Shown piece after piece: positions 31,584 to 39,172 of a stretch of 44,997 nucleotides of DNA. The stretch spans positions 1,543 through 46,539 of the forward strand of contig CAZTXA010000002.1 of assembly GCA_964617945.1 (NCBI GenBank), given 5' to 3'. The notes under the pieces were generated by a model that did not search any database, was not told the DNA's origin, and worked only from the letters and a program-made list of their open reading frames with translations. This stretch comes from an uncultured archaeon. Its GTDB lineage: Archaea; Nanohalarchaeota; Nanosalinia; Nanosalinales; Nanohalalkaliarchaeaceae. Each line of letters opens with the position of its first letter. The stretch's first letter is position 1. Made by a program: the position numbers and the translations under genes.

Positions 31584-33132
31584 CCTCTTCCCCCGTGCCG
31601 TTCCCGTTCGGCTGCCACATCGTCGTGACCGCGTCCCCTGTTTCCTCCGCCCGCCACCCCTCCATGAAATCCTCGACGACGTTCGGGACCACCTGTTTGA
31701 GGACGTCTCCCTGCCGCAGGATCTTGCTCAGCTGTACCTCCAGGTTCTTGCTCAACTGCCTGTACAGTGACAGGTTGGCATATACCAGTTCGTTCTTGAT
31801 ACGCCAGAAACTCGTGGTGCCCCGCGGCGCCAGCACGATATATCCGCCGCCGTCGGTGGCAGTGATCGCGTTCTGCATCTCCGACGCTTCCACGTAGTAC
31901 ACGCCGCCGGCCCCGTTTGTTTCGGGGTCCACGACCAGTAGTTCGTCTCCCTCGACAGCGACCACGAGGACGTACCGCTCCGTCTCCGACCCGGGGAACA
32001 GCACCTCCTTGTCCAGGTAGGGGATGAGCAGTGCCTCGTTATCCAGCCACACCTTCGCCTCTGTCCCCAGTTCGGTGATCTTTCCACCTTCCACAAACCC
32101 GTACCGGAGTTCACCGCCGGCCATTGACTCCAGGACGGTGCCGAGTTCGTCCGGCGTCGGATGGGTGTCGTCCAGTTCCTCGCTGATATCGCCCTGTGTC
32201 GCGTCGAACCCGAACATCGTGAGCGCCATCTCCCCCGCCGCTGCACCCCGGTATTCCGACTGTTCGGAGACGAAATATTCCGTGATCTCTGCCAGCGTAT
32301 CGACATCGGCGGCCACCCGTTTGAACAGGATTTCACGGTCCATCAGGTTCTTGTTCGGGGACAGGAGGAAATACCCGGAATCCGTGTTTATCGTGGTGCT
32401 GAACGTCGAGGTCTCCCTGATTTCGCCGGTCTCATCGTCCAGCTTGATACGTTTCCCCGGTTTCAACACGTCAGAGCCGCGGAGATAGATGCCTGCGGCG
32501 TAGTTCTGGATCAGGTCCTTGAACCCGAAGAACCCGAGCAGTACAAGGAGCAGGACGATACCGTAGGACGCGGCCGTGACCGTTGTGTCGATGATGTGGG
32601 TTGACACGCCGAGCTGGATGATGGCGATCTCCAGCACCACAAAGTAGAGGAACAGTTTGATACCGGTCAGGAACCCGTCCAGTACCTTCGGTGACACCCC
32701 GACCGTCCGGGCCTGCCGCTTCACGTTCAGGTTCTCTATGAACCCGCGGATCAACGCTATAACGCCTTTGACAAGGATTATACCGAGGATGAACAGGAGT
32801 GCGGCTGTGATGACGCGCGGCGCGTACCCCACGATGCGGCGGCTGAGCTGTCCGACGGCGGACGCATTGATATATATCGTGGCGGTGACCAGCGTCAGCA
32901 CGACGACCGCGTATTCGACCACTCTGTCAGGCGACCGGCCGCGTCGCCGGACCCGTTCGACAGGGGTGCCACGCTGTGCAGCGGCTTCAACAAGGTACCG
33001 GACGAGCTGACCGGCCAGCCGGGCGAGGACGATCCCGCCGCCCAGTATCAGTGCTGTGACCGCTATCTTCACCCCGATATTCTGCTGAATAAGCGCGAGA
33101 GCGGCGCTCTCGAGCTGAGAAACCACTACCAT
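31561..33132 (-). CDS. MscS-family mechanosensitive channel fused to a C-terminal cysteine-free peptidase-C39-like domain
   Basis: The N-terminal half has TM helices and an MscS TM3/beta-domain signature (FGFKDLIQNYAAGIYLRGSDVLKPGKRIKL...GEIRE...LLSPNKNLMD). The C-terminal region resembles papain-like C39 domains (EQSEYRGAAAGEMALTMFGFD...RYVLVVAVEGDELLVVDPETN...YIVLAP). The whole 523-aa protein contains no Cys. Confidence 0.7.
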   Translation of the reverse strand: MVVVSQLESAALALIQQNIGVKIAVTALILGGGIVLARLAGQLVRYLVEAAAQRGTPVERVRRRGRSPDRVVEYAVVVLTLVTATIYINASAVGQLSRRIVGYAPRVITAALLFILGIILVKGVIALIRGFIENLNVKRQARTVGVSPKVLDGFLTGIKLFLYFVVLEIAIIQLGVSTHIIDTTVTAASYGIVLLLVLLGFFGFKDLIQNYAAGIYLRGSDVLKPGKRIKLDDETGEIRETSTFSTTINTDSGYFLLSPNKNLMDREILFKRVAADVDTLAEITEYFVSEQSEYRGAAAGEMALTMFGFDATQGDISEELDDTHPTPDELGTVLESMAGGELRYGFVEGGKITELGTEAKVWLDNEALLIPYLDKEVLFPGSETERYVLVVAVEGDELLVVDPETNGAGGVYYVEASEMQNAITATDGGGYIVLAPRGTTSFWRIKNELVYANLSLYRQLSKNLEVQLSKILRQGDVLKQVVPNVVEDFMEGWRAEETGDAVTTMWQPNGNGTGEEDEPSDDN

Positions 33133-33241
33133 GATGGTCTACAACCCAATCAGGTAAGGGATTTAAATAAGTAATGAATCTCTGACGGCGGGAATACCGG
33201 TATAGAAGGAATATAAGGCGGTTTTAACCTGTTTTCAGGTG

Positions 33242-34459
33242 TTACACGATGGTGCCGGCGCCGATCAGCCGCCACCGCGACCCCATACGTCGGGAAACCG
33301 CCACAGTATCGCCTTCTTCGGCGCATACCGGCCGTTTCAGCTGGACGGTGATGGTGGACCCTGCCTCGGTGACCGCTCCAGAACTCTTCCCTGTGCCGAC
33401 GTTCAACAGGAGCGGCTCGCTCTCCGCTATCGGGTCCACTGTCTGTTCCTCCTCGCTCCCCACTACCGCGTCCATCAGGTCGACCTCGATCTCCAGCTCC
33501 TCACGGACCGGTGGGAGTTCGCCTTTCCGCCCCAGGATATTGCCTGCCAGGTTATCGGACTTTGTCAGCGATGGGTCGAGCCCTGTTTCAACGCCGAGCA
33601 ACCCGCCGGGCCGGCCTTTTTCCACCTGGTTCTGGCCGTGGATGATGCTCCGTGCCTCCGTCTCGACTGGCTCCCAGCTCCCGTCACGTTCATATCCAGG
33701 TTTCAGCGCGATCTCGTCGCCGACCTCGATCTCGCCGCGCTGCAGGCTGCCGCCGACCACGCCGCCCTGCAGGGCCGCCGGCTCGGTGCCGGGCTTGTTG
33801 ATGTCGAAGGAACGGGCGACGAGCATCTTCGGTGCCGCGTCCGCGTCCCGCTCCGGCGTCGGGATATGCTCCTCCACCGCGTCGAGCAGCACGTCGATAT
33901 TGGTCCGGTGCTGTGCCGATATCGGGACGATAGGTGCGTCCTCCGCGACGGTGCCCTCGGTGAACGCTTTGATCTGCTCATAATTTTCCCGTGCCGCTTC
34001 CTCGTCCACCAGGTCGATCTTGTTCTGCACCACGACGATGTTCTCGATACCGACCCGTTCCATGGCCGCAAGGTGTTCCCGTGTCTGCGGCTGTGGCACC
34101 TCCTCGTCCGCCGCAACCAGCAGGAGGGCGCCGTCCATGATAGCGGCGCCGGACAGCACGTTCGCCATCAGTGTCTCGTGCCCCGGGGCGTCCACCAGCG
34201 ACACGCTCCGCACCACCTCAGCATCCTCCCCGCACTCGCTGCACTCCTCCTCGACCGTGTACCGGTCGCAGTCGCTGCAGTACCGGACGGTCACGTCCGC
34301 ATACCCGAGCCGGATCGTGATCCCCCGCCGCAGTTCCTCAGAATGCGTATCCGTCCACTCACCACTGAGCGCGTCGGTCAGCGTGGTCTTCCCGTGGTCG
34401 ACGTGGCCGACGAGCCCGATGTTTGCCTCCGGTACAGGGACGTCCCCCACCGTGACCAC
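33242..34459 (-). CDS. eif2g: Translation initiation factor aIF2 gamma subunit
   Basis: [15 protein letters not shown], zinc knuckle CSDCDRY...CSECG, DAPGHE, NKIDL. Confidence 0.95.
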   Translation of the reverse strand: MVTVGDVPVPEANIGLVGHVDHGKTTLTDALSGEWTDTHSEELRRGITIRLGYADVTVRYCSDCDRYTVEEECSECGEDAEVVRSVSLVDAPGHETLMANVLSGAAIMDGALLLVAADEEVPQPQTREHLAAMERVGIENIVVVQNKIDLVDEEAARENYEQIKAFTEGTVAEDAPIVPISAQHRTNIDVLLDAVEEHIPTPERDADAAPKMLVARSFDINKPGTEPAALQGGVVGGSLQRGEIEVGDEIALKPGYERDGSWEPVETEARSIIHGQNQVEKGRPGGLLGVETGLDPSLTKSDNLAGNILGRKGELPPVREELEIEVDLMDAVVGSEEEQTVDPIAESEPLLLNVGTGKSSGAVTEAGSTITVQLKRPVCAEEGDTVAVSRRMGSRWRLIGAGTIV

Positions 34460-34939
34460 CTACGCCTCGTCCTCCGCGTCGTCCTCAGGTTTATCGTCGT
34501 CCTCGCTGGAATCTTCGTCTGTCTCGGCATCGTCTTCGCTTCCAGCGTCGTCCGCGTCTTCCCCGTCCGGTCCTTCACCGAGCAGTGTCGCGACGTCCTC
34601 GCTCCCCTCCTCGACCACCGACAGGTTGACCTGCGCGATCTGCTGGGAGACCGTGTTGCCGCGGACAGATATCCGTGTCCGCTCCCCGTCGTCAAGGTCG
34701 CGGGCGCCTGTCCCGCCGTCCAGGAGCAGCCGTTTCCGGCCTGTCCCGTCGACACCGGGGCGCATCGGGAAGCCTTCCGTATCGCTGCCGCCCGTGATCC
34801 GGAGCGTGTACCCGTCAAGGCCGACCAGCGATCCTTCCACCTCGTCGCCGATGCTACGCCCTGTCAGGCGCTGTGCCTGTTGGTCCGTGAGTTCGATCTG
34901 AAAACTTTCGCCGTCCGTCGTTCCGATAACCGCGTCCAT
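34460..34939 (-). CDS. rps6e: Ribosomal protein S6e with acidic C-terminal extension
   Basis: GYTLRITGGSDTEGFPMRPGV...GERTRISVRGN is the canonical S6e core. The last 40 or so residues are D/E-rich (..GEDADDAGSEDDAETDEDSSEDDDKPEDDAEDEA). It abuts the aIF2-gamma start. Confidence 0.9.
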   Translation of the reverse strand: MDAVIGTTDGESFQIELTDQQAQRLTGRSIGDEVEGSLVGLDGYTLRITGGSDTEGFPMRPGVDGTGRKRLLLDGGTGARDLDDGERTRISVRGNTVSQQIAQVNLSVVEEGSEDVATLLGEGPDGEDADDAGSEDDAETDEDSSEDDDKPEDDAEDEA

Positions 34940-35066
34940 GTTGTATTCACCTGCTCAGTCACCGCGTAGCGGGTTCCGAGCAGTCCTCCCTTACCGCACC
35001 AACCTTTTAAATCGTGTTCGCCGCGGTGAACGTAATTATTTAAGCCGGGCGGCCGGACGGAGACGT

Positions 35067-35924
35067 ATGGCGGTACTGGGACAGGTGCTGGAACAGGCAT
35101 GGCAGCAGATCCTGGCATTCTTGCAGGCGGAGACTGCGGCCCGCCCCAGACTGTTCGCCGTCCTCGTCCTCCTCATCCTCGGGTTCGTCGGCGGCCGGAT
35201 CATCGCGGAGATGGTCCGTACCCTGCTCAAAATGACGGCGCTGGACGACCTTGCGGTCAAGGCGGATATCCAGCCCATGGTCAGGCAGCTCGGGTTCCGC
35301 GGAACGATGTCAGATTTTATCGCGGTCATGGTCAAATGGCTCATCTACATCCTGGCGGTCCTGTCGGTGCTGTACGTGTTCGGGTTCCAGTTCGCCGCGG
35401 AATACTCTACTATCCTGGTGAACTGGGGGACGCGCATCGTCCTGGCCGCCGCGGTGATGCTCCTGGGAGCGGTGATCGCGTCGCAGCTGGAGGAGCTGAC
35501 GGTGCACCTGTTCCGGGTGAGCAGGTTTACAGGACTGGTTGACGAATCCGGTGCGGAAATCCCGGTGTACGTCATCGCCGGGAAGGCGGTGAAATATCTC
35601 GGCCTCCTGGTGACGTTCCTCGTCGCCCTCGGCGTGGCCGGGATAGACCTCCTCATATTGAACGTATTGGTGGTGATGCTTGCGCTCGGCGTCATCGCTG
35701 CACTGGTGATCGGGACACGTGACCTCGTCCGCAATATCGCAGTCTCAGTATACTTCCAGCTGTCACGCGTATTCGGTGCAGGCGACCGGATCAGTGTCGG
35801 AGAATATACGGGCGAGGTAGCGGGGATCCGCCCGATGTACACCAAGCTCGAGGACGGTGGCACCGTATTCTACGTGCCGAACTGGAAGCTCGCGACCGAG
35901 GTCATCGAACAGGAGGAGGAATAG
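35067..35924 (+). CDS. MscS-like mechanosensitive channel family protein (TM-helix repeats + beta domain)
   Basis: Start trimmed to ATG 35067. Repeated TM-helix modules, then RDLVRNIAVSVYFQLSRVFGAGDRISVGEYTGEVAGI...VPNWKLA (MscS TM3/beta-domain pattern). It ends in ...IEQEEE. TATA-like ATTATTTAAG lies about 25 nt upstream. Confidence 0.65.
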   Translation: MAVLGQVLEQAWQQILAFLQAETAARPRLFAVLVLLILGFVGGRIIAEMVRTLLKMTALDDLAVKADIQPMVRQLGFRGTMSDFIAVMVKWLIYILAVLSVLYVFGFQFAAEYSTILVNWGTRIVLAAAVMLLGAVIASQLEELTVHLFRVSRFTGLVDESGAEIPVYVIAGKAVKYLGLLVTFLVALGVAGIDLLILNVLVVMLALGVIAALVIGTRDLVRNIAVSVYFQLSRVFGAGDRISVGEYTGEVAGIRPMYTKLEDGGTVFYVPNWKLATEVIEQEEE

Positions 35925-35925
35925 G

Positions 35926-37365
35926 ATGCGGTGGACGGTGGTTAACTATTACACCGGCGTATTCCTCCGGATTTTCTCGGCGCTGTTACTGGCCCCGGTC
36001 GTGGTCGGAAAGTATTACGGTGAGAGCTTCGTCCAGCTCGAACCATTCCTGATCGCGTCGTTCACTGCGATCACGTTCGGCTGGGCGCTGTCCCGCACCG
36101 GGAACGAGGCGCGGCCGGAGCCGGTGGAGGCGATGGCCACGGCGACAGCGTCCTGGCTGCTCGCTGTCGGACTGGCCGCCATCCCGCTCGCCACGCTCGC
36201 CGACATCTCGTTCATGAACGCCTACTTCGAGGCGATGTCCGGGATGACAACGACGGGCATGTCGATGCTGTCCACAGGTGAACTCCCCAGGTCGCTCCTG
36301 TTCTGGCGGTCGTTCATGCAGTGGGTCGGCGGGCTCGGCATCCTCACATTCTTCGTCGCGGTCCTGGTGGAGTCTGGCGGTGTCGCCCGGAAACTGGTGG
36401 ATACAGAGTCGAACAAGATCGCAGGCGCCAGCGTCCGCGCCTCCCTGTTCAACTCGATCAAATCACTGTGGTACGTATACATCGTCCTCACCGCCGTCGA
36501 AATCGTTTTACTGGTGCACTTCGGGTTCCCGTCGTTCGAGGCGGTCACCCACTCGATGTCGACCCTCCCGACCGGCGGGTTCGCGTCCGTCCCCGACCTC
36601 GGTGCATTGATGAACCCTGGGGCGAAGGCGACCATCACCCTGTTCATGTTCCTCGGCGGCACCAACTTCCTCCTTATCTACAGCGTTATGCGCGGGAACA
36701 TCCGCCGCATGGTGAACGACTTCGAGTTCCGTCTGTACCTGTCGATAACGGTGCTGGCATTCCTCTTCGTTGCCGCAGATCTGATCCTGTCCACCGGCCA
36801 GGCGGTGCCTGAGGCGATAGGGACAGCTGGCTTCCACGTGCCCTCGGTGATAAGCTCGACAGGATTCGAGCTCGAACCGGTACGGTCGTTCCCGGACGTG
36901 TCACGGTTCCTGTTCCTCGTGATGATGTTCATCGGCGGCTCACTCGGGTCGACGACCGGCGGGTTCAAGATGATGCGGATCGGTATCATGGCAAAACTTG
37001 TAGCGCAGCAGATACGGTCGCTCGGTATCCCGCGGACGGTGGTCAACCCGGTCACAGTCGGGGGGAACATCCTCGGAGACGATGAGATACGGCAGGTCTC
37101 CGCCATCCTGTTCCTGTGGCTCGTCGCTGTCGTTGCAGGGGGGGCGGTGACGGTCGGCCTCACCCAGTACGGGATTACAGAGTCGATACAGCTGATGACC
37201 TCGTCCGTGGGGACCATGGGACCGACATTCATCCCCCAGGCCGAACTGGCCGGACTCCCGCCGCTGGTCAAGGTCTCGCTGATGGTAGGTATGCTCGCGG
37301 GCCGCCTAGAAATGCTGCCGCTGCTCAGCATCCTGAACATCCGTCTCGTCCAGAAATTTGCTTAG
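35926..37365 (+). CDS. trkH: Trk-type K+ uptake system membrane subunit TrkH
   Basis: Start trimmed to ATG 35926, 1 nt after the preceding stop. It has the repeated M1-P-M2 selectivity-filter-like motifs MTTTGMS, LPTGGF, VISSTGFE and GSLGSTTGGFK. Confidence 0.9.
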   Translation: MRWTVVNYYTGVFLRIFSALLLAPVVVGKYYGESFVQLEPFLIASFTAITFGWALSRTGNEARPEPVEAMATATASWLLAVGLAAIPLATLADISFMNAYFEAMSGMTTTGMSMLSTGELPRSLLFWRSFMQWVGGLGILTFFVAVLVESGGVARKLVDTESNKIAGASVRASLFNSIKSLWYVYIVLTAVEIVLLVHFGFPSFEAVTHSMSTLPTGGFASVPDLGALMNPGAKATITLFMFLGGTNFLLIYSVMRGNIRRMVNDFEFRLYLSITVLAFLFVAADLILSTGQAVPEAIGTAGFHVPSVISSTGFELEPVRSFPDVSRFLFLVMMFIGGSLGSTTGGFKMMRIGIMAKLVAQQIRSLGIPRTVVNPVTVGGNILGDDEIRQVSAILFLWLVAVVAGGAVTVGLTQYGITESIQLMTSSVGTMGPTFIPQAELAGLPPLVKVSLMVGMLAGRLEMLPLLSILNIRLVQKFA

Positions 37366-37414
37366 GATGCGGGCTGACGAAGAATTTATAAACCAGTTTG
37401 TGAAGTTACCGGGT

Positions 37415-37855
37415 ATGCGGAAAGGAATCACTCCTGTCGTTGCGATGGTTCTCCTCCTGATGATGACGGTGGCGGCGGCAGGAGCGGCCTATATCTGGAC
37501 ACAGGGGATTATTTCAGGACAGCAGGAAGAGGCCGAGCAACAGCTTGATACCGAGATAACGGTCCGCGACCTCCAGTGTACTGCAAGTAACGGCGAGATA
37601 GATTTCTTCCTGGATAATACCGGGTCGACAACGGTAGAAGCGGGAGATATCACTGTCTACCTGTACAGCGTTGCCGACGACAGCCTGGTCAATACCCTTG
37701 ACACGTCGGCATCCGACCTCGCTCCCGGTGACGAATGGGACAGCACTGAAAGCTTCGACAGTAGCGATATGGATGCCGGGAACGACTACCGTGTCGAGTT
37801 CGAATTCACGAACCAGGGAAGCTATACGATCTCTGAACGGTGTCAGGCGGACTAG
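37415..37855 (+). CDS. Archaeal type IV pilin-like protein (class III signal peptide, DUF1628-like)
   Basis: Start trimmed to ATG 37415: MRKGITPVVAMVLLLMMTVAAAGAAYIW, i.e. basic residue, Gly, then a hydrophobic helix. TATA-like TTTATAAA lies about 27 nt upstream. Confidence 0.7.
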   Translation: MRKGITPVVAMVLLLMMTVAAAGAAYIWTQGIISGQQEEAEQQLDTEITVRDLQCTASNGEIDFFLDNTGSTTVEAGDITVYLYSVADDSLVNTLDTSASDLAPGDEWDSTESFDSSDMDAGNDYRVEFEFTNQGSYTISERCQAD

Positions 37856-37861
37856 ATAACA

Positions 37862-38302
37862 ATGAACATGATGACAAGCCAGAAGACAGGTCGCCGTGGA
37901 GTGTCACCGCTTATCGCGGCGGTGCTGCTGATCGCGTTCACCATGGCAGTGGCAGCGATCCTCACCGCATGGGTGACCACATTCACACAGGAACAGACCT
38001 CACAGCTCGGCAACCAGTCCTCCGAGCAGATCGACTGTAGCTTCGGACAGATCAGTGTCTTCTCCAGTGAGACGGACACCAACTGGGTGAACGTCAGCAT
38101 CGAGAACAGCGGCCGCGTTGATTTCAACAACATCAGCGTCACCGCACTGTCCGGCGGCACCGTCCTCGGGACGGAGTACATCTCCAACCTGAGTTCGGGC
38201 CAGATCAGCGATGCAGCAGTCGATACCGGTGGGACGGAAGCCGACGAGATGCGGGCCGCCACCCAGAAGTGTCCGCGTGTGACGGTGTCCGAGTCTTACT
38301 GA
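37862..38302 (+). CDS. Archaeal type IV pilin-like protein (class III signal peptide, DUF1628-like)
   Basis: ...GRRGVSPLIAAVLLIAFTMAVAAILTAWV is a textbook archaeal prepilin N-terminus. Its size (146 aa) and beta-rich C-terminal part are similar to the upstream paralog. Confidence 0.75.
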   Translation: MNMMTSQKTGRRGVSPLIAAVLLIAFTMAVAAILTAWVTTFTQEQTSQLGNQSSEQIDCSFGQISVFSSETDTNWVNVSIENSGRVDFNNISVTALSGGTVLGTEYISNLSSGQISDAAVDTGGTEADEMRAATQKCPRVTVSESY

Positions 38303-38351
38303 TCGGTCGGCGTCACATATAAAGGCGGCTACAGCCCATTCGGTACCGGGA

Positions 38352-39008
38352 ATGTACGTCATCCTCGTCGGGGTCAACACGATCAGCCGGAAGCTGATCC
38401 AGGATCTTGCAACGAACCACGATCTGGTCGTTGTCGAAGAGGACAAAGAGGCTGCCGAACGCACATATTCTGACTCGGCGGCCACGGTTGTCAACGGAGA
38501 CCCCACCAAGCTCTCAATCCTCGAGGACGCTGGCATCTCCAAGGCGGACGTACTGGTGACGACGCTGGAGGACGACAACCGGAACATGGTCATCTCCATG
38601 CTCGGGAAGAAGTACGGCGTCCCCCAGGTTGTCACACGCCTTGAGAACCCGGACTACCATGACGTCTACGATATCCTGGACGTTGAAACCATCGAATACA
38701 CAGACATCGTCTACGGCGAGTTCATCTCCGCGATAGAACATCCAGCGATTGTGAAGATTGCGAACATCGGTCCCGGCAAGGAGATCCTGGAGATCCTCAT
38801 CGAGGACGGTTCACAGCTGGAGGACCTCCGCGTCGACGAGGTCCGCGACCTCGACGGGTTCCCTGCAGACGGTGTCGAATTCTCTGCGGTGTTCCGGGAC
38901 GAGGACGTGTTACGGCCGCGTGACAGGCTGCGACTACAGGACGGGGACTCTCTCGTCGTCATCATCGACCCCGGTGTGAAGGGAGAGCTGAACAACGTCC
39001 TCGACTAG
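38352..39008 (+). CDS. trkA: Trk-type K+ uptake regulatory subunit TrkA (RCK N + C domains)
   Basis: 218 aa. MYVILVGVNTISRKLIQDL...VVVEED...GDPT...LEDAGI..ADVLV, then a TrkA-C-like domain (ILEILIEDGSQL...GDSLVVI). The dinucleotide-binding glycine motif is degenerate (GVNTIS). Confidence 0.85.
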   Translation: MYVILVGVNTISRKLIQDLATNHDLVVVEEDKEAAERTYSDSAATVVNGDPTKLSILEDAGISKADVLVTTLEDDNRNMVISMLGKKYGVPQVVTRLENPDYHDVYDILDVETIEYTDIVYGEFISAIEHPAIVKIANIGPGKEILEILIEDGSQLEDLRVDEVRDLDGFPADGVEFSAVFRDEDVLRPRDRLRLQDGDSLVVIIDPGVKGELNNVLD

Positions 39009-39172
39009 AACAGGACCCGGACGACACTCCCCGCCGCTGCAAGGAGGACCGCCCCGCCGAGGATCCACGTTATCTCTGCACTCGCAGCCACCACGCCCAC
39101 ATGCTGCAGGACGGCTGCCACGTAAATCGACGCGATGATGATCCCCGCGATAAGGAGGATAGCGATGTTCAT
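39005..39172 (-). CDS. 55-aa two-TM mini membrane protein, hypothetical
   Basis: Hand-translated: MNIAILLIAGIIIASIYVAAVLQHVGVVAASAEITWILGGAVLLAAAGSVVRVLF. The ATG overlaps the aIF5B stop (ATGA), and the stop overlaps the convergent trkA stop. There is no homology evidence. Confidence 0.35.
   Translation of the reverse strand: MNIAILLIAGIIIASIYVAAVLQHVGVVAASAEITWILGGAVLLAAAGSVVRVLF

Noticed and set aside
33133-33241. Relatively AT-rich 109-nt spacer after aIF2-gamma, with a small hairpin (ACCUG-AAAA-CAGGU). I considered a terminator or a small RNA.
   Set aside because: The hairpin is short and is not followed by a U-run on the transcribed strand. The AT-rich part is adequately explained as the TATA region (TTATTTAAAT) of the MscS-C39-like gene.
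33239-34969. 576-aa plus-strand ORF.
   Set aside because: It lies antisense to aIF2-gamma and S6e, both of which have canonical motifs. It has no recognisable domains and an Arg/Pro-rich composition.
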